From the IMG/VR virus record IMGVR_UViG_3300006793_004421, positions 1 through 58,555 of that record: a stretch of 58,555 nt of DNA; one strand, written 5' to 3'. The notes beneath the pieces are model-generated. The model made no database searches. It was given only the letters and a program-made list of their open reading frames with translations, and was not told where the DNA came from. This document shows, piece by piece, positions 1 to 8,525 of this stretch. A program made the translations under genes and the position numbers. The DNA comes from a virus. Taxonomy: Duplodnaviria > Caudoviricetes. Positions within the stretch are counted from its first letter, which is position 1, and each line of letters starts with the position of its first letter.

Positions 1-1617
1 TGCTAATGCGGCTAAGTCTGCATCATATGCTTGTACGTTTACGCCAATGTCTGCGTCAACTACCATAGTTGCATCGTAAGCCATTACGTCTGAACCAATA
101 GCAACACCCAATGCTGTTCTAGCATCACTTGCAGATGTACTACCTGTTCCGCCTTTAGCAACTGGAACTGTTCCTAAACTAATATCACCTGCTGAAGATA
201 ATGCAAGTGGACTTGTGGCACTAACTGCTACTGTACCTGTTGCGGCTGGCAATGTAATAGTTACATCGGCAGTACTTGCAGGACCTATTAGTGTTGCTTT
301 ATTAGTACCGTTGTTTGTTCCTTCTAAAAACTCAATCTTACCACCTGTTGTAGCAGTAGGAGATAGAGTAGGATCAGTTAAAGTTTTGTTTGTTAGTGTT
401 TGCGTTGCCGCAATACCAACAAGTGTTTCGTCACTAACCGCAGTATTAAATTCAGCAAAAGTTCCTGTTACAGTATTATCAGTTAAACTAATTGACTTGT
501 TTGTAAGTGTATCGGTTGTATCTCTACCTACTACAGTTTCATCGCTAACTGCGGTATTAAGTTCTGCTATTGTACCTGTTACTGTATTATCAGTTAAACT
601 AATTGACTTGTTTGTAAGTGTGTCTGTTGTATCTCTAGCTACTACACTTTCGTCACTAACGGCTGTATTCAATTCTGCTATGGTTGTCGTTAATGTATTG
701 TTTGCTAAGTTAACACTTTTATTAGTCAACGTATCCGTTGTAGCTTTACCTACGAACGTGTCGTTGCTATCGGGCAATGCCCAACTGTTACTTGCACTAG
801 GTTTAATAGCGGCTATGATTGGTGATGTTAAAGTTTTGTTTGTTAAAGTTTGTGAACCTACAAGTGTTGTTACAGTACTGTCTATTGCCCATTCAATAGA
901 GTCTGTTGCAGGTGTTGTTGTAATATCAATACCTGTTCCGCCTGTTAAGTTTAAAATATCTTGAATGTTGTCAGCAACAACAGGAGCTTCACCTGCTACT
1001 TGGATAGTTTTAAATACGTCTTTTGCTCCACCGTAATCAGCAGTAGCAACTCCACCACTGGTGTATGCACTAAATCCTGTGCCGTCAATTGGTGCTGTTA
1101 ATTGTCTATCTGAATACAAAGCAAATGTAGTACCAGTTAGTACGTCCATGAAGTACTCGTTACCGTTAACGTTGGTCATTCCTACAACATCAACTAGTGT
1201 TACTTCTGTACCATCTGTAAATGCGTGAGCGTTAGTTGTTGTAACTACAACAGGGCTGGCCGCTGTGATGTTGCTAATTGATTTACTAACACCACCCACC
1301 AGTGCCGCAATAGTCATCTGGTTTGCATTATCTCTAGTAATGGTCATGTTACCACCAGCAACTAAATTAATATCGTTTGAAATATTATTAACGTCAGTTA
1401 GTCTAATTGCAGTAGTTGACAATGGAACAGCTAAAGTATATTCAACATCGAACTTAAATGTGTCTGACGATAAGTCTACATTATTCCATGCAACACCATT
1501 TCCTCGTATAAAGTTAATACTATCAGTTACATTATCCGCCTCGATAGTCTGCTCAAGAGTCGTTCCATCAGGTGAATAAAGTTTAACATATCTAAAAAAA
1601 TCGTAATAAGCAGTCAT
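1..1617 (-). CDS. Tail fibre/virion structural protein (partial, runs off the left edge; absent from the ORF track)
   Basis: ATG at 1617 on the minus strand (MTAYYDFFRYVKLYSPDG...) is open to position 1. Thr/Ala/Gly-rich, with TLTNKT/S fibre repeats, a 'VPVAKGGTGSTSASDARTALG' fibre motif and an E1-FCCH-like segment (SNITAASPVVVTTTNAHAFTDG...VVGMTNVNG). Late promoter upstream. Confidence 0.8.
   Translation of the reverse strand, partial: MTAYYDFFRYVKLYSPDGTTLEQTIEADNVTDSINFIRGNGVAWNNVDLSSDTFKFDVEYTLAVPLSTTAIRLTDVNNISNDINLVAGGNMTITRDNANQMTIAALVGGVSKSISNITAASPVVVTTTNAHAFTDGTEVTLVDVVGMTNVNGNEYFMDVLTGTTFALYSDRQLTAPIDGTGFSAYTSGGVATADYGGAKDVFKTIQVAGEAPVVADNIQDILNLTGGTGIDITTTPATDSIEWAIDSTVTTLVGSQTLTNKTLTSPIIAAIKPSASNSWALPDSNDTFVGKATTDTLTNKSVNLANNTLTTTIAELNTAVSDESVVARDTTDTLTNKSISLTDNTVTGTIAELNTAVSDETVVGRDTTDTLTNKSISLTDNTVTGTFAEFNTAVSDETLVGIAATQTLTNKTLTDPTLSPTATTGGKIEFLEGTNNGTNKATLIGPASTADVTITLPAATGTVAVSATSPLALSSAGDISLGTVPVAKGGTGSTSASDARTALGVAIGSDVMAYDATMVVDADIGVNVQAYDADLAALA
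385..740 (-). repeat. About three tandem 111-bp (37-aa) coding repeats in the tail fibre
   Basis: gtattatcagttaaactaattgacttgtttgtaagtgt occurs at 473 and 584 (period 111). The unit is TDTLTNKSISLTDNTVTGTIAELNTAVSDETVVGRDT. Confidence 0.85.
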
Positions 1618-1644
1618 GTTCGTATTTGTTCCTCTTGTATATTG

Positions 1645-1657
1645 TATTTATTAAATA
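1645..1657. promoter_or_regulatory. Back-to-back late promoters (TATTTA-T-TAAATA palindrome)
   Basis: TAAATA on both strands between the divergent genes starting at 1617(-) and 1663(+). Confidence 0.65.
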
Positions 1658-1662
1658 ATGCT

Positions 1663-2217
1663 ATGCTTGTAATTGGCAACGGTGAAACTAGATATAACAT
1701 TGATTTAGGTCTGTTTAGAGATACTAAAATAGGATGTAATGCCCTGTATAGAGATTATGCAGTGGATCATTTAGTCTGTTGCGACAAGCGAATGGTCAAA
1801 GAAGTACTAGAAGCAAACACATTTAAGGGTACTTTATATACCCGTAAAGACTGGTTTGAGGATTTCAAAGGAGTTGAGTGCTTACCCGACTTACCTTACA
1901 AAGGTACAGCAAGACCAGATGATCCTTGGCATTGGGGCAGTGGTCCTTTTGCTGTACTAATTGGAGCAAGATTAGCATATGAATGGAAAGAAACAGTTAA
2001 CCTAGTAGGGTTTGATTTGTACAATGGAAATATTTACAAGGATACTAAGAACTATGCTAAATCAGATGCAAGGCCAGTAGATCCTAGTTATTGGATACAC
2101 CAGATGAACAAAGTATTTGAACACTTCCCTAGTGTTACGTTCAATTATTACTCTACAGAAAAATGGCCAGATAAGTACTATAACATAAAGAATTTTAATT
2201 TAGAGGAACTTAAATGA
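1663..2217 (+). CDS. Putative glycosyltransferase-like protein (DUF115/MptE-like)
   Basis: N-terminal VIGNGETR, IGCNALYRD and LVGFDLY motifs. Start moved to the ATG at 1663. Confidence 0.5.
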   Translation: MLVIGNGETRYNIDLGLFRDTKIGCNALYRDYAVDHLVCCDKRMVKEVLEANTFKGTLYTRKDWFEDFKGVECLPDLPYKGTARPDDPWHWGSGPFAVLIGARLAYEWKETVNLVGFDLYNGNIYKDTKNYAKSDARPVDPSYWIHQMNKVFEHFPSVTFNYYSTEKWPDKYYNIKNFNLEELK

Positions 2218-2864
2218 ACTACGAAGCAAAACATCACGATTCGTTTCCTACTTTGGTTACTAGTTTTGATATCGAAGGACACGAAAGTGAGAAGACCTGT
2301 GTAGAGATGATCGATGCTTTTAATGAGTATGGACCTGATCACCCGTTAGTTGCAAAAGGAAAAAGTAGTTATCAAAAAGGCGACGAACAGTTTTTAAACG
2401 ATCATAAACTTATTCCTCTTTGGAAAACTATACAAGAATGTATTGATGTATACACACAGCATCTTGGTGTTGATTATACTCTATTATCAACTAGCTGGTT
2501 TAATTCTTTGTTCAATGGTGGCGCAGTTGACGCCCACAGACATGAACGCAGTATTATTAGTGGTGCATACTATCCGTATGTAGACAAAGGTAGTTCACCT
2601 ATTGTATTTAGAAACCCTAACCAAGTAAACTTTATGAACTATGCACCCTTGGGGTTAACAGACTACAATAGATATGAATTAGAATGTTTTCCTAAAACAG
2701 GATTATTAGTTTTGTTTCCAAGTTGGCTAGAACATCGTGTTATTACAAACCAAACAGAAAAAAGATACACAGTTAGTTTTAACACAATTAGACATAGCGA
2801 CAGAGCCGCATTTATGAACATACGAGATTATAGGATTGACCCGCATGAAAGCACAGATAGTTGA
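2214..2864 (+). CDS. 2OG-Fe(II) oxygenase (TIGR02466-like)
   Basis: SWFN, HRH, ISGAYY, LVLFPSWLEH, RYTVSFN motifs. Confidence 0.85.
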   Translation: MNYEAKHHDSFPTLVTSFDIEGHESEKTCVEMIDAFNEYGPDHPLVAKGKSSYQKGDEQFLNDHKLIPLWKTIQECIDVYTQHLGVDYTLLSTSWFNSLFNGGAVDAHRHERSIISGAYYPYVDKGSSPIVFRNPNQVNFMNYAPLGLTDYNRYELECFPKTGLLVLFPSWLEHRVITNQTEKRYTVSFNTIRHSDRAAFMNIRDYRIDPHESTDS

Positions 2865-3447
2865 TGGACCGTTTAGGAAAGCAAACTATCCTCTCTTTCC
2901 TACACTAGTACAAGTTTACAATTTACAAGATAACCCTAGTAACATTGACATAATCAATTACATTGACGAGCAAGAATTATCTGAATGGCCAAAAGACATT
3001 GGTGATGGTTCTTCAACTAGTCAAAACGAAATGAACATTCTTGATAACTTTGATATTAAAAAAGATATTGAAAATTGTGTAAACGAATATTGTATTGATG
3101 TTGGACTAGACAAATTAGAAATTGGAAAGAGTTGGATTAATATACAAAGACAGAAAGGCTACATTGCTAGGCACAGACACGAACTTAGTATTATTAGTGG
3201 AGCATACTATCCATTTGTAGAACCAAATAGTTCACCGTTAGTTTTTGGAAGTCCAATACTAGGAGCTAAAATGGGCGAGATACATAACCAAGCTACAGAA
3301 TATACTGCTAACGAAATGGAATTTGATGTACGTACAGGCTTTCTTGTATTGTTTCCAAGTTGGTTATATCATTATACAATTCCAAACCCTTCATTAAAAC
3401 GAGTAACCTTAAGTTTCAATACATACCACAAAACACTTGACAAGTAG
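2845..3447 (+). CDS. 2OG-Fe(II) oxygenase (TIGR02466-like), tandem paralog
   Basis: SWIN, HRH, ISGAYY, LVLFPSWLYH, RVTLSFN. The ATG at 2845 is preferred over the TTG at 2836. Confidence 0.85.
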   Translation: MKAQIVDGPFRKANYPLFPTLVQVYNLQDNPSNIDIINYIDEQELSEWPKDIGDGSSTSQNEMNILDNFDIKKDIENCVNEYCIDVGLDKLEIGKSWINIQRQKGYIARHRHELSIISGAYYPFVEPNSSPLVFGSPILGAKMGEIHNQATEYTANEMEFDVRTGFLVLFPSWLYHYTIPNPSLKRVTLSFNTYHKTLDK

Positions 3448-3465
3448 TAATTTTTAATATATAAT
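3437..3465 (+). promoter_or_regulatory. Sigma70-type promoter
   Basis: TTGACA (3437-3442), 17 nt, TATAAT (3460-3465), upstream of queD. Confidence 0.85.
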
Positions 3466-3476
3466 ATTACACATGT

Positions 3477-3520
3477 TAGAGGACTTTTATGCGTCGACCC
3501 TCTTTAAATACTCCGCCGTT
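3477..3520 (+). ncRNA. Candidate preQ1-I-like riboswitch/pseudoknot in the queD leader
   Basis: AGAGG/CCUCU stem with a loop ending ...GAC, followed by an A-rich tail UUAAAUA and CGC able to pair with loop GCG. Lies between the promoter and the queD Shine-Dalgarno (SD) sequence. Confidence 0.5.
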
Positions 3521-3539
3521 ATACTTATAGGAGAAGAAT

Positions 3540-3986
3540 ATGGCTTATTATAGCACAAAACATTACGGACACAACATAGGATTATCAGCGGTCTTTAGAC
3601 AACCTAACGCAGATCATTCGCATTGCCATTTACTACATGGTTACAGTTTAGCATTTACATTTACATTTGGATGTGATAAACTAGATGACAAAAACTGGGC
3701 AGTAGACTTTGGTGGATTGAAACCTTTGAAGAAGTGGTTAGAAGATCACTTTGATCACAAGACAGCAATTGATAAAAAAGATCCACACTTAGATAAATTT
3801 ATGGAACTGCAAGAACTTGACCTAGCTGAAATTGTTGTAATGGATGGTGTAGGTGCAGAGAAGTTTGCCGAACACGCATTTAACTTTGCAGACAAACTTG
3901 TACGTGAAGCAAGTGACAATCGTTGCTATTGCGTAAGAGCAGAATGTGCAGAACACGGCGCCAACTCAGCAATCTACGAAGGATAG
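3540..3986 (+). CDS. queD: 6-carboxy-5,6,7,8-tetrahydropterin synthase (QueD/PTPS)
   Basis: HSHCHLLHGY, VDFGGLK, FDH and E-x(4)-SAIY motifs; SD AGGAGA. Confidence 0.9.
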   Translation: MAYYSTKHYGHNIGLSAVFRQPNADHSHCHLLHGYSLAFTFTFGCDKLDDKNWAVDFGGLKPLKKWLEDHFDHKTAIDKKDPHLDKFMELQELDLAEIVVMDGVGAEKFAEHAFNFADKLVREASDNRCYCVRAECAEHGANSAIYEG

Positions 3987-3990
3987 TTTA

Positions 3991-4542
3991 ATGATTTGGG
4001 AACAAGTAAATGAGGATCGTAAAAAACTTAAGGTAGCACATTATAAAAATGCGTTTCCAGAAGCAGTAAATGATATTAACTTTACAACACTAGTAGAAGT
4101 AAATCAGTATAAGTCTACAGTTACAAACGTAGATGAATTTGTAAAAGGAAGTACACACATTTCTGACATTGGTTCAGACAAGCGTATACAAAAATATTTG
4201 TTAGAGTTTCAAAAACACTATGACAGACATGAAACTGAAGCACACTTCAATGCTAGTTTGTTCTTTTCATTAAGTGACGGGCATAATAGCTTGTTCCTAC
4301 ATAATGATTACGAAACTGTTTTGCTTATACAAGGATACGGTGAAACTGCATATCTTGTAACAGATGGAGAAACAATGAACAAGCAAATTTATCATTGTAA
4401 AACAGGAGATGCTTTACTGTTACCAAGACTTACAAATCATAAACCTTTAATCTTAGGTCCAAGAGTTACATTAAGTTTGGGTGCTAATCCTTTAAAAGCA
4501 ATGACCAATAAAAACTTTGGTCCAGTTAATTCGACAATGTAG
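3991..4542 (+). CDS. JmjC/cupin-like oxygenase
   Basis: HND...VLLIQGYG...GDALLLPR..NH...RVTLSLG gives an HxD...H facial triad. Start at ATG 3991. Confidence 0.65.
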   Translation: MIWEQVNEDRKKLKVAHYKNAFPEAVNDINFTTLVEVNQYKSTVTNVDEFVKGSTHISDIGSDKRIQKYLLEFQKHYDRHETEAHFNASLFFSLSDGHNSLFLHNDYETVLLIQGYGETAYLVTDGETMNKQIYHCKTGDALLLPRLTNHKPLILGPRVTLSLGANPLKAMTNKNFGPVNSTM

Positions 4543-4553
4543 AGGAAGTTAAA

Positions 4554-5255
4554 TTGCCCAACCATGTAGTTTGTTTAAAGCACGGTAAGAAATATTCAGC
4601 AGAATACGTTAATGTTCTTTACAGAATGGTAACACGCAATCTTACCGTGCCACATAACTTTGTTTGCTTTACAGAAGATCCAACAGGTCTTGATATGGGT
4701 ATACAAGTTAAGCCCTTGCAATTAAACAGCGACATCAACGGTTGGTGGTACAAAACAATGTTCTTTAATCCAGACTTTGGATGTTACGGTACTGTATTGT
4801 TTTTAGATTTAGATGTTATTGTGTTTGGAAATATTGATAAGTTGTTTACATACAAGCCGGGCGAGTTTTGTGTAATACGTGATTTTAATCGTAGTGTGCA
4901 AAGTCAATGGGACAGAATGAATTCAAGTTGTTTTAGATTAGAAACAGGACAACATGCAAATGTATATCATGAGTTTATGTCTAATCCAGGACAAAATGCA
5001 CGTAAGTATCACGGAGATCAAGATTGGCTGTATGCTAATGTAAAATCTCAATATAACTTTTGGCCAGATGAATGGATACAAAGTTATAAATGGGAGATGC
5101 GTGGACGTCCTGAGATGAATAGATACAACGGCAAACGTAACTTTGTTGCCCCAGGTGAACCAAAGATATTACCTGACACAAGTATTGCAGTATTTCACGG
5201 AGACCCTAACCCAAAAGACTGCATTGATCCTTGGTGCAAGGAGAATTGGAAATAA
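4554..5255 (+). CDS. Glycosyltransferase (GT-A fold, GT8-like)
   Basis: FLDLDV (DxD), NSS, GDQDW and VFHGDPNP motifs. Confidence 0.75.
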   Translation: MPNHVVCLKHGKKYSAEYVNVLYRMVTRNLTVPHNFVCFTEDPTGLDMGIQVKPLQLNSDINGWWYKTMFFNPDFGCYGTVLFLDLDVIVFGNIDKLFTYKPGEFCVIRDFNRSVQSQWDRMNSSCFRLETGQHANVYHEFMSNPGQNARKYHGDQDWLYANVKSQYNFWPDEWIQSYKWEMRGRPEMNRYNGKRNFVAPGEPKILPDTSIAVFHGDPNPKDCIDPWCKENWK

Positions 5256-5959
5256 TGGACAAATATATTTTTGATGTTGATGGAACACTAACACCAAGTC
5301 GTGGACTAATTGACTTAGAATTTAAAATGTTCTTTAATACATTTTGTTTGACACATGATGTATATCTTGTTACAGGTAGTGACCGTGCTAAGACTGTAGA
5401 ACAACTAAGTGAACCAACATACAATCTAGCAAAACGTGTATACAACTGTTCAGGTAGTGATGTATATGAAGGTAGAATCAATGTTCATCGTAGCGATTGG
5501 ATTTTACCACGTAGTTGTAGTCATTGGTTAGAAGATAAACTAGAAGAAAGTGCGTTTGAACTTCGTACAGGATTGCATATTGAAGCAAGGCCGGGTATGG
5601 TTAACTTCAGCATAGTAGGACGTAAAGCAACGCCCGAACAACGTCAGCAATATGTTAAGTACGACAAGAAACATAACGAACGGGTGAACATTGCCGCTCT
5701 GTTCAATTTAGAATTTCAAGAACTAAAAGCCGTAGTAGGTGGAGAAACTGGTATTGATATATTTCCAAAAGGGTATGACAAAAGCCAGATTATAAGAGAT
5801 TTTGATCCAACTGATACACTACACTTTTTTGGTGATGCAATGGAAACTACAGGAAATGACTACCCTTTGAAAAAAGTAATCATTGACAATGACCTAGGAA
5901 TGTGCTATAATGTAAACAGTTGGAAGGATACCCGAGAACTGTTGAATGAAGAAAAATAG
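5255..5959 (+). CDS. HAD-IIB phosphomannomutase-like hydrolase
   Basis: FDVDGTLTPSR, VTGSD, GGETGIDIFPKGYDK and FFGD...GNDYPL match eukaryotic-type PMM motifs. Confidence 0.85.
   Translation: MDKYIFDVDGTLTPSRGLIDLEFKMFFNTFCLTHDVYLVTGSDRAKTVEQLSEPTYNLAKRVYNCSGSDVYEGRINVHRSDWILPRSCSHWLEDKLEESAFELRTGLHIEARPGMVNFSIVGRKATPEQRQQYVKYDKKHNERVNIAALFNLEFQELKAVVGGETGIDIFPKGYDKSQIIRDFDPTDTLHFFGDAMETTGNDYPLKKVIIDNDLGMCYNVNSWKDTRELLNEEK
5883..5911 (+). promoter_or_regulatory. Sigma70-type promoter inside the PMM gene end
   Basis: TTGACA, 17 nt, TATAAT with an extended -10 TG. Confidence 0.75.
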
Positions 5960-6599
5960 TAACTTTATAAAATATACAAAAATAGGTGCAGTAGCAGTCC
6001 TAGGACTAGGTCTTAGCTATGGCATTGGTACCTTTACACCCAACACATGGACTATAAATGATATAGTCGCAAAAGCAGAAGAAAATATTATAGGAGAATG
6101 GAACGAGTTTGGGTTTCATGAACCTTCAATAGAATATACAAACAATGCTCAATTTATAACTGGCGTAGCTCGTTGTATTGACTTTCTTAATTTACATACA
6201 GAAATAAGCAAACGTGTTCCACGAGATATTATTGTTGCAATGGCAATACTAGAAACAGGATATGGTAAAAGTAGATTTGCACTTGAAGGTAACAACTTAT
6301 TTGGTATACGTACATGGGACAAAAATACACCACAATTGAAACCTTTAGAGTTGCCCAATGCGGCATTTGGTGTTAAAATATATAAAACAAAGTGTGCTTC
6401 TGTAAAAGATATGATTCACACTATTAATACGCATCGTGCGTACATAGACTATAGAGATGAACGTGACAGACAAGAAGCAACAGGAGTTTTAGATATTGAT
6501 GCACAAGTAGACCAATTACACAAGTGGAGTACAAATCCAAACTACACAGCATTAGTAAAAGAAAAGATTTTAATATTACAAGGCAAACAACATGACTAA
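5946..6599 (+). CDS. GH73 glucosaminidase (Bax-like) with N-terminal membrane anchor
   Basis: AMAILETGYGKSRFA.EGNNLFGI and WSTNPNY motifs; hydrophobic N-terminus. Confidence 0.8.
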   Translation: MKKNSNFIKYTKIGAVAVLGLGLSYGIGTFTPNTWTINDIVAKAEENIIGEWNEFGFHEPSIEYTNNAQFITGVARCIDFLNLHTEISKRVPRDIIVAMAILETGYGKSRFALEGNNLFGIRTWDKNTPQLKPLELPNAAFGVKIYKTKCASVKDMIHTINTHRAYIDYRDERDRQEATGVLDIDAQVDQLHKWSTNPNYTALVKEKILILQGKQHD

Positions 6600-7611
6600 A
6601 CGTATAGGCTTCGCATGTAAGTACATGCACTCAGATCAAACGCAGAAGAAGAAACTGCTAGAAGAAATTCAACGACCACTAAATACACGCAGTACGACAG
6701 TACAATGGCTTAACAGGCAAACACGTGAAGTAGCAGAAGAACGCCTGTGGGACATTATGGTACACAACATTCAGTCGTACAGTAACTTGATCGAATACGT
6801 AGGAGGATTACCTAATGAACTTAGAATGGTTAGACTCGGTAGCGATTGCCTTCCGGTATATACGCAACAAGATTGGTCATACTTTTGGCGAAAGCCTGAC
6901 GTCCGTGATTACTGTAGTAAACATCTCGCCCCCGTCGGCGACAAAGCAAGGGCCCTCGATGTCCGACTATCGATGCACCCAGGCCAATTTACTGTACTTG
7001 CGAGCGACAACCCCGACATTGTAGATAGGAGCATAGAAGAATTTGAATATCATACCGACATCATACGCTGGATGGGATACGGCAAACAATTCCAAGACTT
7101 TAAATGCAATGTCCATATATCAGGCAGACAAGGTCCATCCGGTATCATCAATGTCCTGCCAAGACTATCTCAAGAAGCGAGAAACTGCATTACGATCGAG
7201 AACGACGAGAACTCGTGGGGGCTCGACGCATCGCTCGAACTTGAAAAACATGTCGCATTGGTTCTTGACATACACCACCACTGGGTGCGTACAGGTGAAT
7301 ACATACAGCCCACCGACGATAGATTTACTCGCGTAGTAGATAGCTGGCGTGGTGTGCGTCCTGCAATGCATTACAGCTACAGTCGTAACGAACATTTACC
7401 ACAAGACTTTGCACACGACACTATGCCCGATATGGAACAGCTACTAGAAGCAGGCCATAAGAAGCAGAAACTTAGAGCCCATAGTGACTACTATCCTAAC
7501 AAACTTGTTAATGATTGGGCATTGAGCTTCTTAGAACATTCTGACATTATGTGCGAGAGCAAGTGCAAAAACTTAGCCAGCATTGAACTATACGAACAAT
7601 ATAAAGCGTAA
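6592..7611 (+). CDS. uvsE: UV damage endonuclease UvsE/UVDE
   Basis: RIGFAC, RLSMHPGQF, IENDE, LDIHHH, HYS and RAHSD motifs. Confidence 0.92.
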   Translation: MTKRIGFACKYMHSDQTQKKKLLEEIQRPLNTRSTTVQWLNRQTREVAEERLWDIMVHNIQSYSNLIEYVGGLPNELRMVRLGSDCLPVYTQQDWSYFWRKPDVRDYCSKHLAPVGDKARALDVRLSMHPGQFTVLASDNPDIVDRSIEEFEYHTDIIRWMGYGKQFQDFKCNVHISGRQGPSGIINVLPRLSQEARNCITIENDENSWGLDASLELEKHVALVLDIHHHWVRTGEYIQPTDDRFTRVVDSWRGVRPAMHYSYSRNEHLPQDFAHDTMPDMEQLLEAGHKKQKLRAHSDYYPNKLVNDWALSFLEHSDIMCESKCKNLASIELYEQYKA

Positions 7612-7642
7612 ATACTACACATTAACTTTTAAGGAGATTATA

Positions 7643-7816
7643 ATGATCGATACTATTAAAGAATGGGTAAGTGAACGTTTTGAAGAACGTACATCTTGGG
7701 ATGGAGCAATGCTTATTGCTATTGGCGTAATTGTGCTAATCGCAGGACCATTTGCAAAATTAGCGGCTTATGCGGCAATCGCATATGGTGCTTGGACTTT
7801 ATTCAAATCTGAATAA
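7643..7816 (+). CDS. Small membrane protein (two hydrophobic helices)
   Basis: SD AAGGAG before ATG 7643; TAAATA at 7609; ERTSWDG followed by hydrophobic segments. Confidence 0.7.
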   Translation: MIDTIKEWVSERFEERTSWDGAMLIAIGVIVLIAGPFAKLAAYAAIAYGAWTLFKSE

Positions 7817-7839
7817 TCACTTTAGACCAATGATTGACA

Positions 7840-8124
7840 TCACAATTTGCTGATGTCGGTCATTGTATCTACCCTAACATTGAGTTTCTTGCGTTGTAAT
7901 ACGCCAGCTTTTTGAGCAAAACGTTTAGGATCGCATTTTTCACATACGTGTGAGTAGTCATTTGTTAGGCGCTTAGGGTCTACTTGTCCTTTGTCGCGTG
8001 AGAATTCTTCATGGCAGTTATCACATTCAAAGAATACAATCGTCTTTTTACGCTTGTACGGATGATGTCCACGCTTACCTTTACGCATATAGTATTGAAT
8101 TTTCTTTTCAGTTCGTAAAAACAT
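7840..8124 (-). CDS. Small basic protein with Cys pairs (possible Zn-binding)
   Basis: CDNC...HVCEKC, Lys/Arg-rich; TATAAATA on the minus strand at 8133-8140. Confidence 0.7.
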   Translation of the reverse strand: MFLRTEKKIQYYMRKGKRGHHPYKRKKTIVFFECDNCHEEFSRDKGQVDPKRLTNDYSHVCEKCDPKRFAQKAGVLQRKKLNVRVDTMTDISKL

Positions 8125-8165
8125 AGTAATAGTATTTATAATCACATTCGGATTATAGATTAACA

Positions 8166-8173
8166 GATAAATA
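8166..8173 (+). promoter_or_regulatory. T4-late-like promoter GATAAATA
   Basis: The same octamer precedes genes at 15660, 21578, 23204, 26802, 28176, 35501, 38366, 40533, 45622, 50228 and 50467. Variants occur at 1652, 7609, 52198, 8133(-) and 35449(-). Confidence 0.8.
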
Positions 8174-8176
8174 ATA

Positions 8177-8515
8177 ATGATAGGAACAACAATGTCGATA
8201 GTTACTTTAACAGACTCAGCTAAAGCACAGATGTGTAATATGGTTGAAGAACATAAAAAGCCAGCAGTTAGGCTTTCATTAAAGGGCGGCGGCTGTGCTG
8301 GTTTTAAATATGAATGGACTATGGAAGCAGATATTAACGCAGAAGACGAAGTAGTTGAATTCGATAAAGGTAAATTTGTAGTAGATCCATCTAGTGTGAT
8401 GTATTTACTAGGTAGTACAATTGACTACAAGAAAGAAATGTTTGGATCTTACTTTGCAGTAGAGAATCCAGGAAGTACTTCAAGTTGTGGTTGTGGCGAG
8501 TCAATAGGATTTTAG
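8177..8515 (+). CDS. iscA: A-type Fe-S carrier (HesB/IscA/ErpA family)
   Basis: GGGCAGFKY and C-terminal CGCGES. The start may be the ATG at 8192. Confidence 0.9.
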   Translation: MIGTTMSIVTLTDSAKAQMCNMVEEHKKPAVRLSLKGGGCAGFKYEWTMEADINAEDEVVEFDKGKFVVDPSSVMYLLGSTIDYKKEMFGSYFAVENPGSTSSCGCGESIGF

Positions 8516-8525
8516 GGAATAATAC

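Noticed and set aside
215-1579. Plus-strand ORFs 215..964 and 1265..1579
   Set aside because: They are antisense shadows of the real minus-strand fibre gene; their Val/Ser/Leu-rich translations mirror its codons.
6815-7336. Two ORFs in one alternative frame inside uvsE separated by TAG codons, hinting at stop-codon recoding or an overlapping gene
   Set aside because: TAG is a true stop in this genome (queD and iscA end at their natural C-termini with TAG). The alternative frame has no recognisable motif.
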